Source of the DNA: Patescibacteria group bacterium
GTDB taxonomy: Bacteria > Patescibacteriota > Patescibacteriia > PEXW01
NCBI GenBank assembly: GCA_041665345.1
Contig: JBAYJA010000002.1
Coordinates: 97,252 to 161,251 of the forward strand
Length of the DNA stretch: 64,000 nt
Reading direction: 5' to 3'
The notes beneath the pieces are model-generated. The model had not been told where the DNA came from and searched no databases. It saw only the letters and a program-made list of their open reading frames with translations. The position numbers and the translations under genes were made by a program. The first letter of the stretch is position 1. Each line of letters begins with the position of its first letter. Shown here in pieces: positions 36,621 through 46,443 of this stretch.

Positions 36621-37025
36621 ATGAGAAGATCATTACTCACGGATCCAGGCAATTGGTGGCACGATGATTACCAACGGTACCCAATTCTGGCGTATGCTGC
36701 TCTCTGCCTGCTGATTCTCTGGCTAAAACTCAGTAACGCATTCCCCATGAGTTGGGAACAGGGGCTACTACCCCTCATTGCTGTGGGTATAGTGACCATC
36801 CTCTACTACATTGGCAAGGGGTTGAATCACACTATCCCAGACGCGGTGCTGTGCCTAGGTATGCGCTGGCGTCAACTGGCGCCCGGAAATACCATGATCA
36901 CACAATCGGCCAATGGGCTACGGGTTGCACTCACAAACCTTAGTTGGTCGGTAACGCCCTTCAAGGCATACGGTCAGAAAATGACCGAAAGTCGCAGTCG
37001 GCAAGGTTTCTGGTTAAAACCATAG
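36621..37025 (+). CDS. Membrane protein (134 aa)
   Basis: AGGAGATGAAAGATG context. Hydrophobic N-terminal half. Confidence 0.4.
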   Translation: MRRSLLTDPGNWWHDDYQRYPILAYAALCLLILWLKLSNAFPMSWEQGLLPLIAVGIVTILYYIGKGLNHTIPDAVLCLGMRWRQLAPGNTMITQSANGLRVALTNLSWSVTPFKAYGQKMTESRSRQGFWLKP

Positions 37026-37108
37026 TACGTATTTTTTTTGAGGCTGTCGCACGACGGCCTCTTTTCTATTATACTCATTCCATCTATCCACCAACTATTT
37101 TCTCATAT

Positions 37109-37381
37109 ATGCAACTCAAAGATTTTATTACCTACACGCTCACCAGCATTGCCCAAGGCGTGGATGAGGCAAATAAGTACACGGGTCAGCAGTTCCAAAT
37201 TGTGCGGACGGGCAAAGAATCCTACGTGGATTTTGACGTGGCCGTCACCTCCACCAAAGAGAAGAAGGGGAAAGCGGGGATTGTGGTGTGGGTGGTGGGT
37301 GCCGGCGGTGAACGAAACCGCAAGACCCAACAGGTGAGTAGGATTAAGTTCAAGGTGAATTATCGGGGGAAGAAGCTGTAA
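37109..37381 (+). CDS. Small hypothetical protein (about 90 aa)
   Basis: ATG at 37109 downstream of a terminator hairpin (37040-37063) and a TATACT -10. No RBS, possibly leaderless. Confidence 0.3.
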   Translation: MQLKDFITYTLTSIAQGVDEANKYTGQQFQIVRTGKESYVDFDVAVTSTKEKKGKAGIVVWVVGAGGERNRKTQQVSRIKFKVNYRGKKL

Positions 37382-37535
37382 AGGCGTAGAGAATTTTTAC
37401 AAACCAGAGCGCCCTCTCCAGGGCGCGATGCATGTTTTTGGTGCACGGTATCGGTTGTGTGTTATATGTTGTTTGTTGGTTGTTGATAAAAAAGACCCAC
37501 CTGGTTTGGGTGGGTCTGGCCTGCTTTACGTTATA

Positions 37536-37781
37536 CTACCTTACACAAAGCCAATAGTTCACCGCATCGTATGATGGCCGCCGTAGGAGGAGAGTGGTCT
37601 GCTGTCCCTTTTTGATAAAGGTGTCTGGACCGCTGTCACGGACATCGATGGTCATTTTCAGGACCTCAGCATGGGTGAATTGTCGCGTTGGATCATCCAC
37701 GCAGTGCAAGTGCATCGTGTTTACGCGAATTTCAATTGCTTGAATAGTACTTGATAAGAAAAGGACTTCATTTGTGGACAC
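37536..37781 (-). CDS. Small protein (81 aa), paralog of 37914-38162
   Basis: Shares the ...DAVN(Y/D)WL C-terminal motif with its neighbour. Followed by a strong intrinsic terminator (GACCCACCC..GGTGGGTC then T6). Confidence 0.45.
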   Translation of the reverse strand: MSTNEVLFLSSTIQAIEIRVNTMHLHCVDDPTRQFTHAEVLKMTIDVRDSGPDTFIKKGQQTTLLLRRPSYDAVNYWLCVR

Positions 37782-37913
37782 AGTACCTCCTGGTTTTTTT
37801 TGTGTTCAGCAGAGTGTAGCATTAGGTTGCAAACCGTCAAGCGCACATAAAAAAGACCCACCCTCCTCCGCCACTGCTTTGGAGGGCAGGCCAGGTAAGG
37901 GTGGGTTTGATAC

Positions 37914-38162
37914 TTACACTTTTCCTTTTAACCAGTCATTGACTGCATCGGCGGTTTCCTTGCAAAGGCTAAGAGAGTCAATACCATTGCGTTGCAAAAG
38001 CATGTCACGGCCAGTCGAGTTCACGGTAATCTTCATTTTCCGCACTTCCTCGATGAGTCCTTTCCATTCTGTATGGTGGGCGGTAATCAGTATTATGTGT
38101 TTTGGAAACACACTGACCGAAAGAATTGTCGCAATGGAAAAAAGTGAATCTGGTTTTTTCAC
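37914..38162 (-). CDS. Small protein (82 aa), tandem paralog
   Basis: Part of a tandemly duplicated unit of about 380 bp (gene plus conserved upstream block TGTTCAGCAGAGTGTAGCATT... plus terminator). Confidence 0.45.
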   Translation of the reverse strand: MKKPDSLFSIATILSVSVFPKHIILITAHHTEWKGLIEEVRKMKITVNSTGRDMLLQRNGIDSLSLCKETADAVNDWLKGKV

Positions 38163-38323
38163 ACGGTTCCTCCTTGGTTTTGGTGTTCAGCAGAGTGTAG
38201 CATTCGGCTACTAGCCGTCAAGGCGTGTAAAAAAAGACCCACCCTCCTTCGCTGCTGCTTTGGAGGGCAGGTCGAGGAGTGGTGAGTCTTTATAATGTGC
38301 TTCACGAGCACGTGACGCTACTT

Positions 38324-38575
38324 TCAGCCGGGCCATTCGTTGGCCCAGGCGGAGAGGAGCTTGGTGGTGTCGTAGGTCAGATGAAAGGTGCACCTTGATC
38401 CTTCTTCAACCACACGCTCATTCTCATTGGTTGTGTGAATGCTGACCATATTCGAACATTGACCAACAGAAAGTTCGAATTCGCGGCCATCTGTGCACTG
38501 AATGGTTACAGTGTCTTTCCCGGGAGCGATGTTGAGTACAGGGTGTTCTTTTTTTCTAACGTCCGTGTCAGCCAT
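38324..38575 (-). CDS. Small hypothetical protein (83 aa)
   Basis: ORF with a terminator downstream (38225-38290) and the same conserved upstream block. Confidence 0.4.
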   Translation of the reverse strand: MADTDVRKKEHPVLNIAPGKDTVTIQCTDGREFELSVGQCSNMVSIHTTNENERVVEEGSRCTFHLTYDTTKLLSAWANEWPG

Positions 38576-38698
38576 GGTTCCTCCACTTGATTTTTATGTG
38601 GTCTTTTTGTATAATCTGCTTTCGTCTCCCTATCCTACGTCGCCGGTTTCGCAGCGTCAATATGCTACACTGGCAGTAGGTGTAACCCCCTTTTTCCT

Positions 38699-38989
38699 AT
38701 GAACCAAGCCCAACAATTGCAAATAAAAATTGATGACATCACCATGAAAGGTGTGTACGCCAACATGATGAGCATTGCCCACACCAAGGAAGAATTTGTT
38801 TTGGATTTCCTGCACATTGCGGCAGCGCAGCAGCAGGGCATTGCCGTGGCGCGGGTGGTTGTTTCCCCTGGGCACGCCAAGCGCATTTTGAGCGCCATCA
38901 AGGAAAACCTGGAAAAGTACGAAGCGGCTTTTGGGAAAATTGAAGCCGCCAAGGAGCCAACCTCTGGTGGGGTTGGGTTCCAGGCGTAA
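38699..38989 (+). CDS. DUF3467-like small protein
   Basis: KGVYANMMSIAHTKEEFVLDF pattern, reminiscent of the DUF3467 family. 96 aa. Confidence 0.4.
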   Translation: MNQAQQLQIKIDDITMKGVYANMMSIAHTKEEFVLDFLHIAAAQQQGIAVARVVVSPGHAKRILSAIKENLEKYEAAFGKIEAAKEPTSGGVGFQA

Positions 38990-39006
38990 CCTACATTTGG
39001 AGTAGT

Positions 39007-40194
39007 ATGGCCACCCCCTCCTCACTCGCGCAAAAAATGACCAAATCCACAGCACCAACACCAAGTCCACTGACGTGGAAATTTGTGGTTATGGGTGTGG
39101 TGCCGGTGGTGAGTAGCGTGCTGTTGTGGTGGACGCTGCACATAGCGTTGCTTGGACCCAATGACGCGCTGACCACGGTTGAGCGCCTGATGCAGTACAG
39201 CGTGAGTTTGATTTTTTTCTGTATTACCCTGGCCTTGTTTGGCGTCTTTGCTATGGCCGCTGGCCGTCGGCGCTGGTGGGCTTCGCTCGTTTCCGGTGCG
39301 CTGAGTTCCATCACCTTGCTCCCATTCTTCCCGTGGCGCTGGGCAACCTTGGCTGCTGCGCTCATTACCTTGTGTGGGTATGCACTGTGGTCATGGAACG
39401 TGGCTGGGGATGTGGCCATCCGGCGGAAGTTCCAACCACATTACACCATCCATGCCGGATTTGGCACAGGGTTGATTCTCCTCCTGGTGGGAGTGTCGAT
39501 GTGCTACTATACTTCGTTGGGTCAAAAAGATGCTTCTGCTGCGACATTCCGGGAAAATTTGATTAGCTCTGGTCGTGAGGGAATTGATTCTGTGCTGGCG
39601 AATCAAGTGGAGGGGTACCGGGGAGAAATGACCTTGGATGAATTTTTGGGTTTGGTGGCAACGGATAAGCTTGGGGAATTTGTCCTCCCTCAGGTGACGG
39701 AGACATTGGACAATGACCGAGCCAAGCAGGAAGCGTACAGGAAATTGCAGACTGAATTGCGGAAGCTGAACCCTAGTTTGCCAGCCACGCAGACAAATGC
39801 AATGGGCGCTGAGCTGGACAAGCAACTGGAAGCTGAACGGCAAGCGCTGTTGCAGGCAACGTTGGCTAAACTCAGTGATGTGCAGCGGCAACTCTTAGAT
39901 GAAGCACGCCATGAATTTGTGCAAACTTTTCGCATTCAGGCTGCCGGTACGGAAACGATGGACGCGGTCATTGATAAAATTCTCTTACGAAATATTTCCA
40001 CCTACGTGGATCCGTACGAAGATTTCTTGCCACCGTTGCTTGCGCTCTCTTTCTTCTTTGTCATTGAGCTGATTAGTATTATCTACCGGTATATCATTTT
40101 TGCTTTGGCGCCGCTCATTGCCTGGGTGTACCAGAAAATGGGTGCCCTGCGCTTGCGGGTGGTTCAGGCAGATGTTGAGGAAGTGGTGGTGTAG
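39007..40194 (+). CDS. Polytopic membrane protein (395 aa)
   Basis: N-terminal helices, a central coiled-coil-like region and a C-terminal TM. Ends 6 nt before dnaJ. Confidence 0.5.
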   Translation: MATPSSLAQKMTKSTAPTPSPLTWKFVVMGVVPVVSSVLLWWTLHIALLGPNDALTTVERLMQYSVSLIFFCITLALFGVFAMAAGRRRWWASLVSGALSSITLLPFFPWRWATLAAALITLCGYALWSWNVAGDVAIRRKFQPHYTIHAGFGTGLILLLVGVSMCYYTSLGQKDASAATFRENLISSGREGIDSVLANQVEGYRGEMTLDEFLGLVATDKLGEFVLPQVTETLDNDRAKQEAYRKLQTELRKLNPSLPATQTNAMGAELDKQLEAERQALLQATLAKLSDVQRQLLDEARHEFVQTFRIQAAGTETMDAVIDKILLRNISTYVDPYEDFLPPLLALSFFFVIELISIIYRYIIFALAPLIAWVYQKMGALRLRVVQADVEEVVV

Positions 40195-40199
40195 CGCGT

Positions 40200-41324
40200 A
40201 TGGAAAAAGACTACTACTCCATTCTTGGGATTTCTCGCTCCGCGAGTGCGGATGAGGTGAAGAAAGCCTTTCGGAAGAAAGCGCACGAATTTCACCCTGA
40301 CAAATCCCACGGTGACGAGGCAAAGTTTAAGGAAGTGAATGAGGCGTACCAGGTTTTGTCGAACCAGGAAAAGCGCCAGCAGTATGACCAGTACGGCCAA
40401 ACCTTTGACGATGCTCGCCGGCAGGGTGGTGGCCCTGGTGCGGGTGCTGGGTTTGGCGGTTTTGGTGGATTTGGCCAGGGCGGGTTCCAAGGCAACGTGG
40501 ATATGGGCGACCTGGGAGATATGTTTGGTGACCTATTTGGCTTTGGGGGTGGGCGGAGTCGTCGCAGCACCCGGCAACGTGGTGGTGCAGATATCCAGGC
40601 AGACATCCAGCTCACTTTCCGGGAGGCATCGTTTGGCGTGGAAAAGCAATTTGAACTATTGAAAGAAGTTGTGTGCGATCACTGCAAAGGTAACGGGGCA
40701 GAACCTGGTGCCAAGGTAGAAACGTGCAGTACGTGCAAGGGTCAAGGTCAGGTGCAGCGCGTGGTGAATTCCATGTTCGGCCAAATGGCGCAGACTGTCG
40801 TTTGTCCAACTTGCGAAGGGCAAGGGAGTGTCCCAACCCAGAAGTGTCGGACGTGTGGGGGTGATGGCCGAGTCCGTCGTGAAACCATGATCAAAGTTTC
40901 GGTCCCGGCTGGGATTGATGACGGTGAGCGCATACGCCTCACTGGTCAAGGGGAGGCAGGTGAACGTGGGGCAGCGGCAGGGGATTTGTACCTCCGTATT
41001 CGGGTAACACCGGATGCACGGTACGAACGGGATGGGGCAAACGTGGTTTCCACCGCCCACATTACTTTTTCCCAGGCAGCACTTGGAGCGAAAGTCGACG
41101 TCGAAACTTTGGATGGCGCAGTGGTCATGAAAATTCCCTCAGGAACCCAGAGCGGCAAAGTGTTCCGCTTGAAAGACAAAGGCATTCCGCATCTGCGCAA
41201 ACGCGGCCGGGGGGATCACCTGGTCACCGTTGTCGTTGACGTGCCCACGAAGTTATCCGGTAAACGCAAAGCACTACTGAAACAACTTGCAGAAATTGAG
41301 GGGAGTGAGGTAGAGGAGGGGTAG
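40200..41324 (+). CDS. dnaJ: Molecular chaperone DnaJ
   Basis: J-domain with HPD (DYYSILGI...FHPDK), a G/F-rich region and four CxxCxGxG zinc-finger repeats. Confidence 0.9.
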   Translation: MEKDYYSILGISRSASADEVKKAFRKKAHEFHPDKSHGDEAKFKEVNEAYQVLSNQEKRQQYDQYGQTFDDARRQGGGPGAGAGFGGFGGFGQGGFQGNVDMGDLGDMFGDLFGFGGGRSRRSTRQRGGADIQADIQLTFREASFGVEKQFELLKEVVCDHCKGNGAEPGAKVETCSTCKGQGQVQRVVNSMFGQMAQTVVCPTCEGQGSVPTQKCRTCGGDGRVRRETMIKVSVPAGIDDGERIRLTGQGEAGERGAAAGDLYLRIRVTPDARYERDGANVVSTAHITFSQAALGAKVDVETLDGAVVMKIPSGTQSGKVFRLKDKGIPHLRKRGRGDHLVTVVVDVPTKLSGKRKALLKQLAEIEGSEVEEG

Positions 41325-41514
41325 AGGTATAAAGCTGCTCCGACGCTTTGGTCGGAGCCCCGAGTGAGTCAGACGAATCGAGGGGTAGAGATCTTGGAAG
41401 CCTGTGGCAATTCCGCTAGAACACAGAACTGTCAGTTACCTCACCTCAAGCAGCAGCTTCTCTAAGCTGCGGTGTTATTAAGACCAAAGTGAGAACTTGG
41501 ACCTACCTTTTTTC

Positions 41515-41652
41515 TGTCATCCTGAATCATATGACCTGTCCACCGAAGCAGCAGCGTAGGTGGGAGGATCCCCAGGCTATGGATAAACTTCAGAGATTCT
41601 CCCGCCTACGTTAAGAAACTTCGGCTGACTGGTCGTCAGACTCAGAATGACA
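41515..41652. mobile_element. MITE-like element, family A (138 bp)
   Basis: TGTCATCCTGAATC ... GACTCAGAATGACA termini, with the internal block CTCCCGCCTACGTTAAGAAACTTCGG. Confidence 0.45.
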
Positions 41653-41825
41653 AAGGGGAAGGAGAAAGTTTTGGTTTTGGATGGTGGATGGAAGATGAGA
41701 AATGCAACTAAATAGCCTAAACCTATACCTCTCCCAAACCTCCACCCTCTAACTCCACACGCCGCGACACCTAAAACCTACCAACACACTTGCGAAACTA
41801 GTGAGAATCCATTAGGGTATGAAAA

Positions 41826-42200
41826 ATGGTTACAGCGAACATTGGAGAGGAGAAAACTTTGATAAAGATTAAAGACGGCATTGTGTACCTGAGTGTGCAG
41901 GAAATCGCAAAACGCCTGGGCGTGACCACACGGACAGTTGCACGGTGGAAAAAACTCGGCTATGTCGAAGTGTTTTGCGGGAATCCTACCAAACCTCATG
42001 CACCAGAGACCGCCGTGAAGTATCCCTTACCATTTCAGCGTGTCTTCCCGGCTGATTGCCACAAGTACCTTGCCATTGATGACGCGAATCGGTTGTTCCT
42101 ATTGCATGGCATTCACCCACTGGTTTTTGCAGCCCCGAAGGTGTATGAACTGCAGGAGTTGCTCAAAGAGCTGGCGAAGGGCAAGCAGAAGTCTGAATAG
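41826..42200 (+). CDS. HTH DNA-binding protein (MerR / excisionase-like)
   Basis: LSVQEIAKRLGVTTRTVARW helix-turn-helix. Tandem terminator hairpins follow (42248-42285 and 42298-42330). Confidence 0.4.
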   Translation: MVTANIGEEKTLIKIKDGIVYLSVQEIAKRLGVTTRTVARWKKLGYVEVFCGNPTKPHAPETAVKYPLPFQRVFPADCHKYLAIDDANRLFLLHGIHPLVFAAPKVYELQELLKELAKGKQKSE

Positions 42201-42340
42201 CCAAGAAGTGGTATTCCGCAAGTACTCTCCCACACCCGTGGGAGTACCATCACCCGCAGCGCCTGTTTGGAAATCAGGGCTGCGGTGTTTTTTTACACAA
42301 ACACCCGCCCTGAATTTGTCAGAGGGCGGGTGGAAATGTA

Positions 42341-43027
42341 CTAAGCAAGTTTTAGGCGGCCAATCCGCTGCAACGCCAGGAAGGTAATCCCAATGGATAT
42401 TTCTTCTGGAACACGTCCTGCGCTGATGAGTTTCAGCCAATCAGCTAAGGGGATCAACATGACTTTCAAATATTCATTTTCATCGAGCTTGATGTGTTCA
42501 ATAACAATTGGCTCTTCGGCATACCCCAGGAACGGAAAGTAGCGCTGGGTGTTTCCTCTGGTGCTTAATGGAATCCCATCGGTGGAGAGTGGGTGGAGGT
42601 TTGCTAGGATGATTCCTGTTTCCTCTTCGAATTCCCTTTTTGCGCAAGCTGCCATGTCGCCATGGTCAACGGCAGAAACGACACCAGTAGGCGGGACTAA
42701 AGATATAACCTCAGCCCCATGCCTCCACTCAACAATGATTGGCAATACATCGCCTGGCAGAATGCAGAAAACTGTTGAACAGTTTTCTGCAACGGTACGG
42801 AAACCCCGGAATGTAGCCCCATTAGGTTTTTCTAAGGTCAGCACTTCCGTTTTGGGTGAAAACTCAAGTTCGTGGATTTGCTCCTCACTCAATTGGCCTT
42901 GGCGGTAGCGGTCAAAATCAACTGGCGGGGCTAGATGCTTCCAGGGACGAATTCCTGAGTGAAGAAGGTATTCGTCAAGTTGATACGAACGGACAATAGG
43001 CATTCCCCACTGCATTTCAAATTGCAT
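42341..43027 (-). CDS. NUDIX hydrolase
   Basis: Nudix box residues REFEEETGI within GDMAACAKREFEEETGIIL. Confidence 0.55.
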   Translation of the reverse strand: MQFEMQWGMPIVRSYQLDEYLLHSGIRPWKHLAPPVDFDRYRQGQLSEEQIHELEFSPKTEVLTLEKPNGATFRGFRTVAENCSTVFCILPGDVLPIIVEWRHGAEVISLVPPTGVVSAVDHGDMAACAKREFEEETGIILANLHPLSTDGIPLSTRGNTQRYFPFLGYAEEPIVIEHIKLDENEYLKVMLIPLADWLKLISAGRVPEEISIGITFLALQRIGRLKLA

Positions 43028-43158
43028 TGCTGCTCCTTTGTAGACTCGTTTATATTTCCAAATATCGTATACCTTTTCCTATCCGATGTCAATGGAAGTA
43101 CTAGTGTACATTGAGAAAAAAAATGGTATACTCATACCATCGTCAGGAGGAAACGAAC

Positions 43159-43725
43159 ATGGACACAACTTCCATTGGAGGAGTAGCACAAAGTGCATTC
43201 AGCAGTATCAACTGGGCACAGCCCACCTGGGACTTGTTCATTATCATGTTCTTCATTATTGCTGCGTTCCTCTATGGGCTCAGTTTGGGCCGGGATCGAA
43301 TCATAGTCATCATGGTGTCCATCTACATGGCCTTGGCCATTGTCAGCGCGGCACCATTCCTGGGTCCAACCACAACGATAGTTCTCAACACCCCAGTGGT
43401 CATTAAGATCAGCGTCTTTTTGGGAATCTTCGTGCTGCTGTTCTTCTTCATGTCTCGGTCTGCCTTGCTCCGTACCATTGCCTCGTCCGATGATAAAGGC
43501 AAATGGTGGCAGGTGCTCATTTACTCCATTCTCCACATTGGTTTACTGGTCAGCGTGACGCTGAATTACTTGCCCTCTGGAGCTGTGGAAAAATTAGCGC
43601 CGCTTACCCGCGCAGTCTTTGCTACCCCCAACGCTCGCTTTGGCTGGGTGATTGCCCCCATCATTGCCATGGTTCTCTTTGGCGGTGCGGCCAAGGAGAA
43701 GAAGAAGTTTAAGTACGAGGTGTAG
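43159..43725 (+). CDS. Membrane protein
   Basis: AGGAGGA RBS 8 nt before the ATG at 43159. 5-6 TM helices. Confidence 0.5.
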   Translation: MDTTSIGGVAQSAFSSINWAQPTWDLFIIMFFIIAAFLYGLSLGRDRIIVIMVSIYMALAIVSAAPFLGPTTTIVLNTPVVIKISVFLGIFVLLFFFMSRSALLRTIASSDDKGKWWQVLIYSILHIGLLVSVTLNYLPSGAVEKLAPLTRAVFATPNARFGWVIAPIIAMVLFGGAAKEKKKFKYEV

Positions 43726-43949
43726 GGAGGTAGCAAGATAGCAAGATGGCGAGTTAGCGCGCTGGTATGAAGGCGCTTTTTTGTCTACCACAGGTGGTAA
43801 GGTGAATTATTTTACCCTCTGTCATTGCGAGGAACGAGTCATCGAGTGGCGTGGCAATCTTGCTGTCACACGGAATAAGTATAAAAAAAGCCGCCCGGTG
43901 GTGCCAGGCGGTGGTACTTCAATGGAAGGTTGAGTAATGGGGCAGACAG

Positions 43950-44345
43950 TTATGCAGTGGCCTGATTTGGTCTCGACAATTTGTAACTGATAGCAGCGAG
44001 TATGGCTCCTAAGACCAGGCAAAATGCTGCAACGTGCCATTCAAACGGGAGTTGTTCGTGTAGCACTCTCCGGTTATAGACAAGGATGTTGTCGAAAACC
44101 AGATTTATAGTGCAGAGACTGAGCGCCACAATGCCAATGAGGCAGGAAACTGCTTTCCGGTTGCTCCCGTCAACCCTTACGAGCAGGGTAATGAGCATCG
44201 AAAGCGAGAGAAGCAAACCGCCGTTCGTCATGAGCTGGTAGTGCTCATTTTTTGGAAGCAGGGCGTCTGTACTAAATATGAGCACGGACCCAATCAGCGA
44301 TAATGCAGTGAGCCGAAAAACAATGTACATCTCTTTCATGTACAA
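43950..44345 (-). CDS. Membrane protein (131 aa)
   Basis: 4 TM helices. Followed on the minus strand by a conserved terminator (rc of AAAAAAAGCCGCCCGGTGGTGCCAGGCGG). Confidence 0.45.
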   Translation of the reverse strand: MYMKEMYIVFRLTALSLIGSVLIFSTDALLPKNEHYQLMTNGGLLLSLSMLITLLVRVDGSNRKAVSCLIGIVALSLCTINLVFDNILVYNRRVLHEQLPFEWHVAAFCLVLGAILAAISYKLSRPNQATA

Positions 44346-44439
44346 TTCCTTTCCTAAAGATCATTTTTTCCATCTTAGAGTCCGTTTTGGCATTTGTCAA
44401 ATAATAAAACCGCCCAGTTGAGCCAGGCGGCAAAGGTGA

Positions 44440-44811
44440 TTACACCTGTAGATTACCAAAGCAATCTATGTGGAGGGTAACGTTACTTTCACTGTATCCC
44501 TTCCCCTCGATTTCCAGAAGAGAACCTTGCATTCGAAGCTTAGCATCCCCAACTGCTACTAAGCAGAAATCCCCATCATTTTCTAGACCATAGTAGTAAT
44601 AGAAGTTTATTTTTTTATCCTTGGTCAAGAGAATGTAAAAGAATAAATTGGGAAGGACATAGGACCCATTACCACCAAGCGTTACTGATCCGGAGAAAGC
44701 AATCGCTTGGTTTTTTTCAGCAGCCTCTACAAAAGCTAGTGGCCAATCGTAGGGGTCGAGATCAGACCGAACTGCTGGAATTCCCATGCTTGAATTTCCT
44801 TTAGTGTTCAC
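44440..44811 (-). CDS. Hypothetical protein (123 aa)
   Basis: ORF followed by the terminator variant CCGCCCAGTTGAGCCAGGCGG. Confidence 0.4.
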   Translation of the reverse strand: MNTKGNSSMGIPAVRSDLDPYDWPLAFVEAAEKNQAIAFSGSVTLGGNGSYVLPNLFFYILLTKDKKINFYYYYGLENDGDFCLVAVGDAKLRMQGSLLEIEGKGYSESNVTLHIDCFGNLQV

Positions 44812-44909
44812 TCATTCCTCCTTTACAGAACTTTTTTTCAGCCTAGCTCTGTACATAAAGAACGTCAAATAGAAAAAGCCGCCCGGATTTTTCCAGGCGG
44901 CGAATGCTG

Positions 44910-45260
44910 CTACAGAATTTGGATCATTCCTTTTGTATCTAGACATAAAACGATCAATGTATCGTCAACAGTCTTGCCGATTATGTACAGGTCATCGTCT
45001 AGTTCTTGAACAAGAGAAACCCTGCGGTAATAGACAGTGAAAAGATCCCCTCGTTGATTATCTAACGTTAAAGTGACTCGGAGACCTTTTTTTCTAAAGC
45101 CTAGCTCCCTTTCTAGTATTAGGGTTGTGCCGCTATCTTTAGTCTCGAGTTGCAGCGTTTCTACGGAGATGGTTTTGTCCCCTTGCTTCCCGATTTCCTT
45201 GTCGTGTTTTACAAATTGTTTGCTAAAGTAGGCCTCGATGATCTGTTTAAATTTTTCCAT
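44910..45260 (-). CDS. Hypothetical protein (116 aa)
   Basis: ORF followed by the terminator variant GCCGCCCGGATTTTTCCAGGCGGC. Confidence 0.4.
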   Translation of the reverse strand: MEKFKQIIEAYFSKQFVKHDKEIGKQGDKTISVETLQLETKDSGTTLILERELGFRKKGLRVTLTLDNQRGDLFTVYYRRVSLVQELDDDLYIIGKTVDDTLIVLCLDTKGMIQIL

Positions 45261-45366
45261 TTTTCCTCCAATTTCTTTGTGCCTACCTTAGAATAAGAGG
45301 AATAATTTGTCAAAAAAGGACCGCCCGGTGGTGCCAGGCGGCTTCAATGAAAGAAACTGCTGCGTA

Positions 45367-45810
45367 TTAGCCCTGAACGTCATCCTCAACGCTGAAACTG
45401 CCATCTCGGTAGAAGTAAACGGCTCGTTCCACGCCTGGGAGAGGCTCAGTGATAACGGCCAGTTCATTTTCGGGGTCATTGAGATTAGGGTATTCAATGG
45501 CCACGATTCTTTCGACGGATGCGTGACTTAGAGCAGCTTCGTCGGCCGCTTTGGGTGACCCAGGAATGAGCGCGCACAAGCGCTGGGTAAATCTGAGTCC
45601 AAAAGAGCCTTTCTGTTTACCATAATGAATGCAAACCAGCAGGCTGATTCCTTCCAAGCGCTTGTGTTGCATTGGTACCAAGAAACTTGCAAGTCGGAAG
45701 CCTCCTGGAAGTTCTTCGGAAAAATGTGTGAATCCGCCATTTTTCTCGAAAAATGTTTTTAATTCCTTAACAATGCGCTCGGGACTCAAAGGAGTTCTCA
45801 AGAAATCCAT
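45367..45810 (-). CDS. Hypothetical protein (147 aa)
   Basis: ORF followed by the terminator CCGCCCGGTGGTGCCAGGCGG, identical to the copies at 43892 and 45900. Confidence 0.4.
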   Translation of the reverse strand: MDFLRTPLSPERIVKELKTFFEKNGGFTHFSEELPGGFRLASFLVPMQHKRLEGISLLVCIHYGKQKGSFGLRFTQRLCALIPGSPKAADEAALSHASVERIVAIEYPNLNDPENELAVITEPLPGVERAVYFYRDGSFSVEDDVQG

Positions 45811-45932
45811 ATGTACCTTTCTTTCGCTGTTTATATTTGTTAATACATGAAATTAGCATAGTTGTCGTTTTCTGTCAATACTTTTTAGTAGAGCAGAAAA
45901 CCGCCCGGTGGTGCCAGGCGGTCGATTCTTGT

Positions 45933-46358
45933 TTAAGGTACACTGAGAATGTATGTAGCTTGCCGGTTCTGCACTAAGCAGATTTGGAAGGAGGCTGACA
46001 TGCCCATAAAAGTTCCGCGGATTTTAAGCCAGCGGCAAACAAGTTTTGACTGCTTGGTCCAATTTTGATTGGAAATGAGAAATGGAGGTTTTGTGCGTTT
46101 TAGTTGGCGTACCTCGTTGACAGAGTAGATTAGAGATCTCTTGGTATTTTTCGAATCAAACTCACAAGCAGTGAGAGTAAGTAGCCCACCAAGGAAATAA
46201 ACAGTAAACTTTCCGTGATGCCTATACTTACTTTGGAAGGGGACTGTTGCTGTGAAAATATCTTTTTCAGTTTTTTTCACCTTGAAGAATGCCTGTAGTT
46301 GCTTGATAATTTCGGTATCTTCCATTTTTTTTGGAAAATTTCGCTTTTGCTTCTGCAT
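45933..46358 (-). CDS. Hypothetical protein (141 aa)
   Basis: ORF followed by the same terminator. Confidence 0.4.
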   Translation of the reverse strand: MQKQKRNFPKKMEDTEIIKQLQAFFKVKKTEKDIFTATVPFQSKYRHHGKFTVYFLGGLLTLTACEFDSKNTKRSLIYSVNEVRQLKRTKPPFLISNQNWTKQSKLVCRWLKIRGTFMGMSASFQICLVQNRQATYILSVP

Positions 46359-46443
46359 CTGACTATCCTTATTTTTAGGGTACTTTCTTGTTTAGCTTGG
46401 AAATGTAGCTTACTATAGAGGTAACGTCAATTGCTTTTCAAAT

